This document shows, in pieces, positions 16,813-26,051 of a DNA stretch of 32,000 bases. The DNA is taken from the NCBI GenBank assembly GCA_027460535.1, contig JAPZAR010000027.1:180001-212000 (forward strand), written 5' to 3'. The notes beneath the pieces were generated by a model that was not told where the DNA came from, ran no database searches, and saw nothing but the letters and a program-made list of their open reading frames with translations. Every line of letters starts with the position of its first letter. The first letter of the stretch is position 1. The DNA is from Candidatus Methanoperedens sp. (GTDB lineage: Archaea; Halobacteriota; Methanosarcinia; Methanosarcinales; Methanoperedenaceae). The translations under genes and the position numbers were made by a program.

Positions 16813-18315
16813 TTAGCAAGTGCCCCGGAATAGTATTTTGATATTTCTTAGTATGGTAAAAGGTTGTCTTTTCAGCCTTAAGAATGTTTCCGATGCGAAA
16901 AGGGAAGACGGGTTGTGTATTACCAATTCCAGTGCAGCAGCCATCATTGCTTCTTTTCTCCATGCCAGTAGTTTTGCCGGGTCGTAATCTTTTGTATGGA
17001 GTAAGGGCTTCTGCATTGCCATCAGGTAATCTGCAGGTTCAATTTTCTCTTTCACCAAATATCCTTTAGCCATTGCATCCAAATACATCTCTGTCCCCAT
17101 CAGGGGAACAGCGATATTGAAATACGGACGGACACCATTCCTTGCCAGTTTCCGCGAAAAATTTATTGTCTTCCTAACAGTAGTTTCCGTTTCCCCCGGA
17201 ATTCCTATTATGAAAAATGCGCACAGATCAATTTTTTTATCTTTTATGATTTTTGCGGCGGTTTCCAGTTTTTTAAGATCGAGATTCTTCCTTATGGTAT
17301 TATATAGAAAATCCTGGTCTCCGGATTCCACTGCTATTGTCAGTCCTGTGCATCCAGATCTTTTCATAACGTCAACGAGATTGGGGGTAAGCCTATCGGC
17401 TCTGACGCCATTAGGGGTTTCCCAGGTTATGTCAATCTTTCTATCAATTAATCCTTTAAATAAGGTTTCTGCTCTCGATGTGTCAAACGTAAGATTGTCA
17501 TCCTCGAAGAAAATATGTTTAACACCATATTTTCCTGTGACATGTTCAATTTCATCAAGAACGTTATCCGGTGATCTTGAGCGCCACTTCCTTCCTGTTA
17601 CCTGATGGACTGAACAAAAGTTGCACCTGTAGGGACATCCCCGGCTGGTAATTACAGAAATCCATCTTTTATTGGTGACTGACCTGGGTGCAAGTCCCAT
17701 TTCTCCTGATTTGAAATATTCATTCATCGGGAGGAGTTCATAAGCTGGCAGCGGGAGTGAATCCAGGTCCAGAATCGGCGGCCGTGGCCCCGTGAAAATC
17801 ATCCTGTTTTCTTTTTTCAAATGAACCCCTTTAACTTCCATGATATCAGCGCTTCCCTCCAGATGGCGCATGAGCTCAAGCATCGTATATTCGCCTTCCC
17901 CCTGGACCACGAAATCTATATTGGGGTCCCCCAGAACATCTTGTGGAACTGCGCAAGCATGTGCACCCCCTGCTATTATTGGCACATCCGGCATTTCATT
18001 TTTAATCGCACCGGCCAATTCATGAAGATTGTTGGATTGGGACGTGAACATGCACGAAATACCCACTGCATCAGGCGCAAACCCTGAAACCATTTCAACG
18101 ACCTGATTATGCGTAAGGCCTACCCTTATGATATTATTTGGCTCATAATTCCTGGAACGCCAACCATCTGCCAGAGCATCGATAATCTTTACCTCAATCC
18201 CTTGACTCTGCAGAAAAGAAGCGATATATGCCAATCCGAGTGGAAAAGGTACTCGAATACTGTCTTCATAACCTTTCACGGTAGTCCATGAGGGATTAAT
18301 AAGACAAAGTTTCAT
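16813..18315 (-). CDS. Cobalamin-binding (class B) radical SAM enzyme
   Basis: The N-terminal B12-binding-like Rossmann segment (GLAYIASFLQSQGIEVKIID...ISCMFTS) is followed by SRGCPYRCNFCS (CxxxCxxC). Confidence 0.85.
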   Translation of the reverse strand: MKLCLINPSWTTVKGYEDSIRVPFPLGLAYIASFLQSQGIEVKIIDALADGWRSRNYEPNNIIRVGLTHNQVVEMVSGFAPDAVGISCMFTSQSNNLHELAGAIKNEMPDVPIIAGGAHACAVPQDVLGDPNIDFVVQGEGEYTMLELMRHLEGSADIMEVKGVHLKKENRMIFTGPRPPILDLDSLPLPAYELLPMNEYFKSGEMGLAPRSVTNKRWISVITSRGCPYRCNFCSVHQVTGRKWRSRSPDNVLDEIEHVTGKYGVKHIFFEDDNLTFDTSRAETLFKGLIDRKIDITWETPNGVRADRLTPNLVDVMKRSGCTGLTIAVESGDQDFLYNTIRKNLDLKKLETAAKIIKDKKIDLCAFFIIGIPGETETTVRKTINFSRKLARNGVRPYFNIAVPLMGTEMYLDAMAKGYLVKEKIEPADYLMAMQKPLLHTKDYDPAKLLAWRKEAMMAAALELVIHNPSSLFASETFLRLKRQPFTILRNIKILFRGTC

Positions 18316-18625
18316 TTCTCCTCATTTGATTTCCAAATATATTAGGTCTTTCCTGAGTATGGCTCCGGGGCCGAAATAACGGGCACAAGTTCAACAGATT
18401 CTGCCAGACGACAGAGCGATTGCTACACTTCATGATTTTAATGATATTATAGAATTTTTTGGCTTATGGAACCTCATTCACCGCCAATATCATGGAATTG
18501 ATCCCCTAAAATACAGCAAGAGTATTCTATTCCGTATTGATAATTGCCATGGCTATTGAAAATGCAAATACAGCCATACAAAGCAGAAACTATTATAGGA
18601 AAAGGACTCTTTTTACATCAGTATT

Positions 18626-19798
18626 ATGAAAGTTGCCTTTTTTGCATTTGATATTTTTTCACCCTCGGCTACAGCTGGTTTTGTCCATACGATCGAAATG
18701 GCAAAAAATTTGAAATCGCTGGTGGATTTAAAATTGTTTGTTGCACCATCTATCAAGAGAGCTTTGAATCCTTTTCTCTGGAACGAACGAGTTGAGGGTT
18801 TGGAGTTAGATTATGCGAGATTCACCCTGTGGTTCAAACCTTACCTAATTCCTTTTGTTCCCTTTAATTTTTTAAGTTACTATTCCGTATATAATAAAAC
18901 AAAGGAGTTTCATCCGGATATTATCCATGAACGTTTCCATTCGCCTAACCCGTTTGGATATCATATTTCGGAAAAGATAGGTGCGCCAAGGATTTTGGAA
19001 GTGAACAGCCCATACATAGAGGATGAGGCCTATAAAAGCAAGACATTAATAAAGATAGCAGAAAAGGACAGGAAAAGACAGTTTGAGCATGCTGATGCAA
19101 TCATAACTCAAACAGAGACATTGAAAAAAGTAATCTCAAATGTTACTGACGTCCCCGTATATGTAGTTCCAAATGGCGTAAATACCACAAAATTCAGACC
19201 AATTGATTCGCACTCACTCCGAAAAAGGCTCGGTATACCCGAAAATGCAATAGTGATCGCCTTCAGCGGTTCTTTCAGGAAGTGGCATGGTGTGCATCTT
19301 ATCCCGAAAATGGCCAGAATACTCATGGAAAAATACAGCGATGTATATTTTTTAATGATCGGTTCAGGGTATCTATATGAAAACATCAGAAATTCAGGGA
19401 TGAAGAATACGATCTTTTTGGGATCGGTTAATTATAATTCATTACCGGCCTATTTGAGCATGTCTGATATCTGTGTGGCACCTTTTGATGCCTCCGAATT
19501 CGAATACTTTGATAAACTCGGGTTCTGGTGGAATCCTTTGAAACTTTTTGAATATCTAAGCATGGGAAAACCGGTTATTTCTTTCGATTTTGATGAAGTG
19601 AAAAAGATCATCGGAAATGGCGGTCTCCTTGCCCGGGCAGGAGATTTAGATGATTTCATAAAAAAATTGGAATACCTGATAAATAATAAAAATGAGAGAC
19701 AGAAGCTCGGAGATAATGCCCGGATTTTGGCATTTCGAGAATATGACTGGAAAAAGCGTGCGCAAGAAACTGTGAATATCTATCAAAAGGTATTATGA
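18626..19798 (+). CDS. Family 4 (GT-B) glycosyltransferase
   Basis: 390 aa with the GT1/GT4 C-terminal pattern (VIAFSGSFRKWHG...NPLKLFEYLSMGKPVI). Confidence 0.8.
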   Translation: MKVAFFAFDIFSPSATAGFVHTIEMAKNLKSLVDLKLFVAPSIKRALNPFLWNERVEGLELDYARFTLWFKPYLIPFVPFNFLSYYSVYNKTKEFHPDIIHERFHSPNPFGYHISEKIGAPRILEVNSPYIEDEAYKSKTLIKIAEKDRKRQFEHADAIITQTETLKKVISNVTDVPVYVVPNGVNTTKFRPIDSHSLRKRLGIPENAIVIAFSGSFRKWHGVHLIPKMARILMEKYSDVYFLMIGSGYLYENIRNSGMKNTIFLGSVNYNSLPAYLSMSDICVAPFDASEFEYFDKLGFWWNPLKLFEYLSMGKPVISFDFDEVKKIIGNGGLLARAGDLDDFIKKLEYLINNKNERQKLGDNARILAFREYDWKKRAQETVNIYQKVL

Positions 19799-19976
19799 TC
19801 GCGGATGGTGATGCATGCAAAGGCTTGAGCTATTCTGTGAATGTTAAAGCCTGGGCTATAGAGAGTAGAAAAAGGCTCCTCCCATGTAAACGCCTGACAG
19901 GGTAAATATATCAACTGGTCTGATCCAATATTCTTCCCCAGAGAATTAAATCAGATCCAGTCCCATGCTTAGATAT

Positions 19977-20123
19977 TCAGCTAAGTATCCTGCTGTCTGG
20001 TTTTTCCCCATTATAATTATCCATGCAATCAAGGGTACAGAACATCTTTTCTCTTATATAGCTCTCTTGCACGTAAATTTCTTTTTTACAGTTCGCACAT
20101 CTAATTGCAAGCAGTTCCATCAT
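19977..20123 (-). CDS. Putative 48-aa zinc-ribbon-like micro-protein (MMELLAIRCANCKKEIYVQESYIREKMFCTLDCMDNYNGEKPDSRILS)
   Basis: Hand-translated. It has GGAGGT 4 nt upstream of the ATG and a CxxC...CxxxC arrangement. It is antisense to a 62-aa track ORF that looks non-coding. Confidence 0.35.
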   Translation of the reverse strand: MMELLAIRCANCKKEIYVQESYIREKMFCTLDCMDNYNGEKPDSRILS

Positions 20124-20470
20124 TCGTACCTCCTATCCTCTTTCCATTTGTAAACGATTCAACAATTGAAGGAATAATGGCAATGTTATTCATAGATTCC
20201 ACATTATCGCCGTCCACACGGATGCCACTAACAACATCCTTCAATCAATAATTGAACCACATACTATATAGATTTATCTCTGTTAAAAAATAATAATGGT
20301 TATTATTATAATGATGAAGAAAAACACTATCAGCATGCTTCCCAAACCGAATTGAAGTAGTCATGCATATTCAGGCTGTTATCTCTTTTAATTTATGATA
20401 AATGAGAAATATTTATTTGCCTGAAAGTACTTGAACTAATCAGCACTTACTATATAATAAGGGATCTTAA

Positions 20471-21697
20471 ATGAACAGCGAAAGCAAAATCATGAAGGCA
20501 GTAATTCTGGCAGCCGGGGAAGGTCTGCGCTGCCGCCCGCTTACTTCGAGCCGGTCCAAGGTCATGTTACCTGTTGCAAATAAACCTCTGCTAGAGCATA
20601 TCATTCAAGCGCTTCTTGAAAATGATATAAAGGAAATTATCCTGGTGGTGGGATACAAGAAGGAGAGGATAATGGATTATTTTGGAGATGGCCTTGAATT
20701 TGGCGTGAAGATCAATTACGTGGCCCAGGATGCCCAACTCGGCACCGCTCATGCTATAAAACAGGTGCGGAAATCTATAGACGGCGATTTTCTGGTTCTG
20801 AACGGAGATAACCTCATTAATGCCGATACCATTTCAGATCTTTTGTCAGGAAAGAAAGGCGAATTCGCGCTGCTTGCCGTCGAACGAGAACAGACATACG
20901 GCTACGGAGTTATAATTTCCAAGAATGGGAAGGTTTCCAAAATAATGGAAAAACCAAAAGAAGTTGTAAGCCATCTTGTGAATGCTGGTGCATACTTATT
21001 CACTCCCTGGATTTTCGAGGAGATAGACAAAACACCGCTATCTGAAATGGGGGAATATGCAATTACAGATACGATACAGCAAATGATAATTGATGGAAAG
21101 GAAGTCAGCATGGTAGTCTCAAAATCCATGTGGATAGATGCGGTTCATTCATGGGACTTCCTTAAAGCCAATTCTATAGTTCTGGAAGAATGCAAGAGGG
21201 ACTTAAAAGGAACCGTTGAAAATAATGTTTCTATAAAGGGAAATGTGATATTGGGGGTGAACAGTATCATACGGGGGGGTTGTTACATCATTGGACCTGT
21301 GATCATCGGGAGAAACTGCGATATAGGTCCCAACACCGTCCTTTTGCCGTCAACGGCCATAGGTGATAATACCACAATCGGTTCATCAACCGAAATTCAG
21401 AATAGCATAATAATGAATGATGTACGTGTTGGGAGCAACTCATACATATCCAACTCCATTATAGGGGCTAACAACAATATTAGCCCGCATTTCTCAACCG
21501 AAGTAGGCCATGACCTTTTGATCGAGTTGAAAGGGACGTTACACAAGGCAGATTTGCTGGGGACCGTGATTGGAGACGACAATATCATAGCAAATCGGGT
21601 CTCAATAAAAGCAGGGAAGACTATAGCAAATAACTGTTGTGTCGAAACCGGGACAACGATCCATAAAGATATTCCACCTGGTTCTATCGTGGTCTGA
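20471..21697 (+). CDS. Bifunctional sugar-1-phosphate nucleotidylyltransferase / acetyltransferase (archaeal GlmU-like), paralog 1
   Basis: KAVILAAGEGLRCRPLT...KVMLPVANKPLLEH forms the NTP-transferase domain, with C-terminal left-handed beta-helix hexapeptide repeats. The start may be Met8 (20492). Confidence 0.85.
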   Translation: MNSESKIMKAVILAAGEGLRCRPLTSSRSKVMLPVANKPLLEHIIQALLENDIKEIILVVGYKKERIMDYFGDGLEFGVKINYVAQDAQLGTAHAIKQVRKSIDGDFLVLNGDNLINADTISDLLSGKKGEFALLAVEREQTYGYGVIISKNGKVSKIMEKPKEVVSHLVNAGAYLFTPWIFEEIDKTPLSEMGEYAITDTIQQMIIDGKEVSMVVSKSMWIDAVHSWDFLKANSIVLEECKRDLKGTVENNVSIKGNVILGVNSIIRGGCYIIGPVIIGRNCDIGPNTVLLPSTAIGDNTTIGSSTEIQNSIIMNDVRVGSNSYISNSIIGANNNISPHFSTEVGHDLLIELKGTLHKADLLGTVIGDDNIIANRVSIKAGKTIANNCCVETGTTIHKDIPPGSIVV

Positions 21698-21698
21698 T

Positions 21699-23501
21699 AT
21701 GTGCGGAATCGTAGGATACAGCGGCAGGAGGGAAGCTGCTCCCATACTTATTGACTCTTTGAAACGATTAGAATACAGGGGTTATGACTCTGCAGGAATT
21801 GCCATTCTTAACAAAGGTGGCATTGAGGTGTACAAGGACAAAGGGAAAATCTCTGAACTTGAAAAGAGCCTACCAGATTTACATGGGACCGTTGGAATAG
21901 GGCACACCAGATGGGCAACGCATGGCAAGCCTGATAAAGTAAATGCACATCCTCACAGTTCTGGAAATATTTCTGTCGTCCATAATGGAATTGTTGAAAA
22001 CTACCAGCAATTGAAGGAAAAACTCCAACAATCCGGATATTTGTTTGTATCCGAGACAGACACCGAGGCTCTGGCGCATCTCATTAACCATAATTATAAG
22101 AATAATCTTGCGGATGCAGTGATCTCAGCACTCAAAGAAGTTAAGGGATCCTATGCTATAGCTGCCATTTCCGGCTCTGAACTGGTCGCTGCAAGAAAGG
22201 ACAGCCCTCTTGTAATAGGGGTGGGTGAAAATGAGAATTTTGTTGCTTCCGATGTACCTGCCATTTTGAAGTACACACGTAAGATGATATATCTAAATGA
22301 CATGGAGGTTGCCTCCATCACCCCAGAAAGCGTATCTATTATCGATAGCAGTGGAAATCCTGTTCAGAAAATGGAGCATATCATACATTGGGATCTGGAG
22401 GCGGCTGAAAAATCGGGTTATGAGCATTTTATGCTGAAGGAGATCCATGAACAGCCCAGGGCACTTCATGAGACTTTCGCGGGCAGGATATCGGAAATGG
22501 AGGGGGCCATCTCTCTGGAAGGTATGAATTTGACAGAGACTCAGATCATGGAAATATCAAGAATCAGCATTATTGCCTGCGGGACATCTTTCAATGCAGG
22601 ATTGCTCGGAAAGAACCTGTTCGAACAATTTGCTCAGGTTCATGTAGATGTTGAAATAGCCTCCGAGTTCAGGTATTCCCATTCTTCACCCGGATCACTG
22701 GTCATTGTCATATCCCAGTCAGGAGAGACTGCGGATACACTTGCTGCTCTTCGTGAAGCCAAGAGTTCAGGATGTAAGACCCTGGCAATTACGAATGTTA
22801 TGGGAAGTACGATCACAAGGGAAGTGGACAGCGTTATATATACAAGGTCAGGGCCTGAAATAGGTGTCGCCGCGACAAAAACTTTTATCTCCCAGCTTGG
22901 GGTGCTATATCTTCTGGCGTTTTATTTCGGGAAGATAAAAGGCAATATCAGCAGAGACAGGATGAAACAATTGCTTGGCTCCATGAAACAGATTCCAGGA
23001 CAGATAACGCGAATCCTCAATAATAAGGAGAACATAATAAAATATTCTGAGCATTTTTCATCATCTTTGGATTTCTTTTTTATAGGGCGCACACTGAATT
23101 ATCCGATAGCACTTGAAGGGGCTTTGAAGCTCAAAGAAATCTCCTACATCCATGCAGAAGGTTATCCTGCCGGGGAGCTCAAGCACGGTCCACTTGCCTT
23201 GATAACGAAAAACACACCGGTCGTGGCGATAGCCACCAGAGGGTTGACTTACGATAAAATGGTGAATAACATCAAGGAAGTAAAAGCAAGGGAAGCTTCA
23301 GTGCTTGCAATTGCAGATGAGAAAGATAGCGAAATTGAGAAATTCGTGGATTGGATTATAAGAGTCCCAACAACTGAGGAGGTTTTTTATCCCATGCTTT
23401 CAACAGTAGTGGTCCAACTGATTTCTTACTATATTGCAAAAGCACGCAATTGTTCTATAGATCAGCCCAGAAATCTTGCGAAAAGCGTAACAGTGGAATG
23501 A
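21699..23501 (+). CDS. glmS: Glutamine--fructose-6-phosphate aminotransferase
   Basis: It has the MCGIVGY N-terminal nucleophile, two SIS domains and the C-terminal KSVTVE. The start is moved to 21699, which is 1 nt after the upstream stop. Confidence 0.95.
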   Translation: MCGIVGYSGRREAAPILIDSLKRLEYRGYDSAGIAILNKGGIEVYKDKGKISELEKSLPDLHGTVGIGHTRWATHGKPDKVNAHPHSSGNISVVHNGIVENYQQLKEKLQQSGYLFVSETDTEALAHLINHNYKNNLADAVISALKEVKGSYAIAAISGSELVAARKDSPLVIGVGENENFVASDVPAILKYTRKMIYLNDMEVASITPESVSIIDSSGNPVQKMEHIIHWDLEAAEKSGYEHFMLKEIHEQPRALHETFAGRISEMEGAISLEGMNLTETQIMEISRISIIACGTSFNAGLLGKNLFEQFAQVHVDVEIASEFRYSHSSPGSLVIVISQSGETADTLAALREAKSSGCKTLAITNVMGSTITREVDSVIYTRSGPEIGVAATKTFISQLGVLYLLAFYFGKIKGNISRDRMKQLLGSMKQIPGQITRILNNKENIIKYSEHFSSSLDFFFIGRTLNYPIALEGALKLKEISYIHAEGYPAGELKHGPLALITKNTPVVAIATRGLTYDKMVNNIKEVKAREASVLAIADEKDSEIEKFVDWIIRVPTTEEVFYPMLSTVVVQLISYYIAKARNCSIDQPRNLAKSVTVE

Positions 23502-23502
23502 A

Positions 23503-24789
23503 ATGATGTTCGGATCTTCAGGAATACGAGGGATTGCAAATAGGGAAATAACCCCACAACTGGCTCTCAATTTCGGGCTTGCGGTGGGTAGCATCTGCCC
23601 TGATGTGGTGATAGGACATGACCCAAGAATAGCGGGCGAGATGATAGAAAATGCAATTGTATCTGGCTTGCTTTCGGCGGGAAGCGAGGTGACCAGGATA
23701 GGTATGGTCCCCACACCCACACTTGCTATTGCTTCAAGGGATCATGATTGCGGCATAATGGTCACAGCTTCGCATAACCCCGCACGGTATATCGGGATGA
23801 AGATCTTCAAGAAAGGGATGTCGTTTGGGACAAAAGAGCAGGCTGAAATCGAAGACATACTGAAGAAAGAAAGATTCAAGTATGCAAGCTGGGAGAAAAC
23901 GGGCGATCTGCGAGAAATCGGAACTGCTTTGAGAGACCACAGCAAGATTATACTAAAAAATATTAAGAGTTCGAGTTTGAAAGTCGTGGTTGATTGTGGA
24001 AGTGGCGCAGCTTCAGTCATCACTCCGTATGTGTTGAGGGAGATTGGATGTGAGGTAATTACCCTTAATTCCCAGCCAGACGGGCATTTTCCGGGAAGGG
24101 AGCCCGAACCCGTGGACGAGACGCTTGGCACGCTGAAATCCACAGTCAAATCTGCCGGGGCAGACCTGGGCATCGCCCATGATGGAGATGCGGACAGAAT
24201 GATGGCCGTTGACAATAAAGGGCTTTTTGTCAGCGGGGATAAGATGCTTGCCTTCTTTGCAGTGCGTGAAGCCAAAAAGTCCATTGCAGTGCCGGTCGAT
24301 ACATCACGGGTCCTTGACGACCTCCTCACAGGGATAAGGATTTCGCGCACTAAGGTCGGGGATGTATATGTCGCGGAAGAACTCAATCGGATAAAGGGGG
24401 AATTCGGCGGTGAACCCTCGGGGGCATGGATTTTTCCAAAGATATCCTTATGTCCTGACGGTATCTATGCAGCCGCAAGGCTTGTTGATATCGTGGAGAG
24501 CGAAGGGGATTTCGGCGAACTTCTGGCCTCTATACCCGAGTATCCTGTAAAAAGGGGCGCTCTACTGTGCAAGGATAAAAAAGAGGCCATGGCAAGAATA
24601 GCTGAAGGATTGGGAGGGCTTGGCAATATTAGTTCTCTTGACGGCGTAAGAGTGGACCTTCCTGACGGGTGGATCCTTGTGCGTCCCAGCGGTACCGAGC
24701 CAAAAATAAGAATGATGGTTGAATCTGAGACACGGTGCGATGAATTGTATGCCATTGCAGAGAAAATCGTAAAGGAGGCAATAGATTGA
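23503..24789 (+). CDS. glmM: Phosphoglucosamine mutase (alpha-D-phosphohexomutase family)
   Basis: It has the TASHNP active-site serine loop, the GIAHDGDADR metal loop and GEPSG. Confidence 0.9.
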   Translation: MMFGSSGIRGIANREITPQLALNFGLAVGSICPDVVIGHDPRIAGEMIENAIVSGLLSAGSEVTRIGMVPTPTLAIASRDHDCGIMVTASHNPARYIGMKIFKKGMSFGTKEQAEIEDILKKERFKYASWEKTGDLREIGTALRDHSKIILKNIKSSSLKVVVDCGSGAASVITPYVLREIGCEVITLNSQPDGHFPGREPEPVDETLGTLKSTVKSAGADLGIAHDGDADRMMAVDNKGLFVSGDKMLAFFAVREAKKSIAVPVDTSRVLDDLLTGIRISRTKVGDVYVAEELNRIKGEFGGEPSGAWIFPKISLCPDGIYAAARLVDIVESEGDFGELLASIPEYPVKRGALLCKDKKEAMARIAEGLGGLGNISSLDGVRVDLPDGWILVRPSGTEPKIRMMVESETRCDELYAIAEKIVKEAID

Positions 24790-25994
24790 AGGCAGTTATC
24801 CTTGCTGCGGGGAAAGGAACGAGGATGGGCCCTCTCACGGAGAACATGCCCAAAGTCATGCTGCCCATTGCGAATAAACCCATTCTGGAACATATAATCC
24901 TGAACCTGGAAGCTGCTGGCATAATTGATTTCTTAATAGTTGTTGGATATCATAAGGAAAAAATAATCGAGTATTTTGATAACGGCAGAAGTCTGGGTGT
25001 GAATATAGAATACATCGAACAGCAGAGTCAAAATGGGACTGCCGATGCCATAAAAACAGCAAGAGAGCACATTAATGGGAGGTTTCTCGTAAGCAATGGT
25101 GATGTGATCGCAGGAATATCTGATATCAAAAAAATCATTAACGCTGAGGGGGAAGCTATTCTGGCTGCGAAGAAAGTGGCAAATCCTGAAGCTTACGGAA
25201 TACTGTACATTAAAGGGAAAAAAGTGGAAAAAATAATCGAAAAACCGAAAAACCCTGGCTCTGACCTTGCAAATGCGGGTATCTACGTTTTTGAGCCGTC
25301 CATCTTTGATGCTATTGATTCTACGGTTCCTTCCCCCCGCGGGGAATATGAGATCACGGATTCCATCCAGTTCATTATCGATTCAGGAAAAGAAGTATGC
25401 TATACGCCTCTTGAACACTGGCAGGATATAGGGTTTCCCTGGCACCTGCTCGAAGCCAATGAAAAGATCCTGATGGATGGAGAGGAAGTACAATGGGAGA
25501 TAAGGGGCGAGGTCGAACGTTACGTGACACTGAATGGTAAAGTAGCCATAGGCAAGGATACCATCGTAAGGAACGGCGCATATATAGAGGGCCCCGTGGT
25601 CATCGGAGATAACTGCGATATAGGTCCCAACTGCTACATCAGGGCGGCTACCAGCATTGGAGATTACGCAAGGATCGGCAACGCCGCAGAGGTGAAGAAC
25701 AGCATAGTGATGAAAAGAACCCATATAGGGCATTTGAGCTACGTGGGGGACAGCATCATCGGAGAGGGCTGCAATTTTGGTGCAGGGACAAAGGTGGCGA
25801 ATCTGCGGCACGATGGAAGGACTGTACTTGTGGAACTGGGAGGAAAGAGATTCGATTCAGGGAGGAGAAAATTGGGCGCGATTATGGGAGACAATGTTCA
25901 CACCGGCATAAACAGCATGATAAATGTGGGTGCAACGATAGCATGCGGTTCATACATCGATCCCGGTCAATTTATTAAAGGCTCTATGAAATAA
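24786..25994 (+). CDS. Bifunctional sugar-1-phosphate nucleotidylyltransferase / acetyltransferase (archaeal GlmU-like), paralog 2
   Basis: KAVILAAGKGTRMGPLT...KVMLPIANKPILEH plus hexapeptide repeats. The TTG start overlaps the glmM stop (TTGA). The conserved N-terminal G-loop requires this start. Confidence 0.85.
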   Translation: MKAVILAAGKGTRMGPLTENMPKVMLPIANKPILEHIILNLEAAGIIDFLIVVGYHKEKIIEYFDNGRSLGVNIEYIEQQSQNGTADAIKTAREHINGRFLVSNGDVIAGISDIKKIINAEGEAILAAKKVANPEAYGILYIKGKKVEKIIEKPKNPGSDLANAGIYVFEPSIFDAIDSTVPSPRGEYEITDSIQFIIDSGKEVCYTPLEHWQDIGFPWHLLEANEKILMDGEEVQWEIRGEVERYVTLNGKVAIGKDTIVRNGAYIEGPVVIGDNCDIGPNCYIRAATSIGDYARIGNAAEVKNSIVMKRTHIGHLSYVGDSIIGEGCNFGAGTKVANLRHDGRTVLVELGGKRFDSGRRKLGAIMGDNVHTGINSMINVGATIACGSYIDPGQFIKGSMK

Positions 25995-26051
25995 TGCGAT
26001 TTTGATTCGGCTAATTCCTGTTCGACCGCATTTTAATATAGTTCTCCATCA

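Noticed and set aside
20289-20307. Perfect palindrome AATAATAA-TGG-TTATTATT
   Set aside because: It consists only of A/T within an AT-rich intergenic region, so it is expected by chance and is not informative.
20311-20375. Possible C/D box sRNA (ATGATGA at 20311)
   Set aside because: No CTGA D' box follows at the expected 12-nt spacing, and there is no properly placed C'/D pair.
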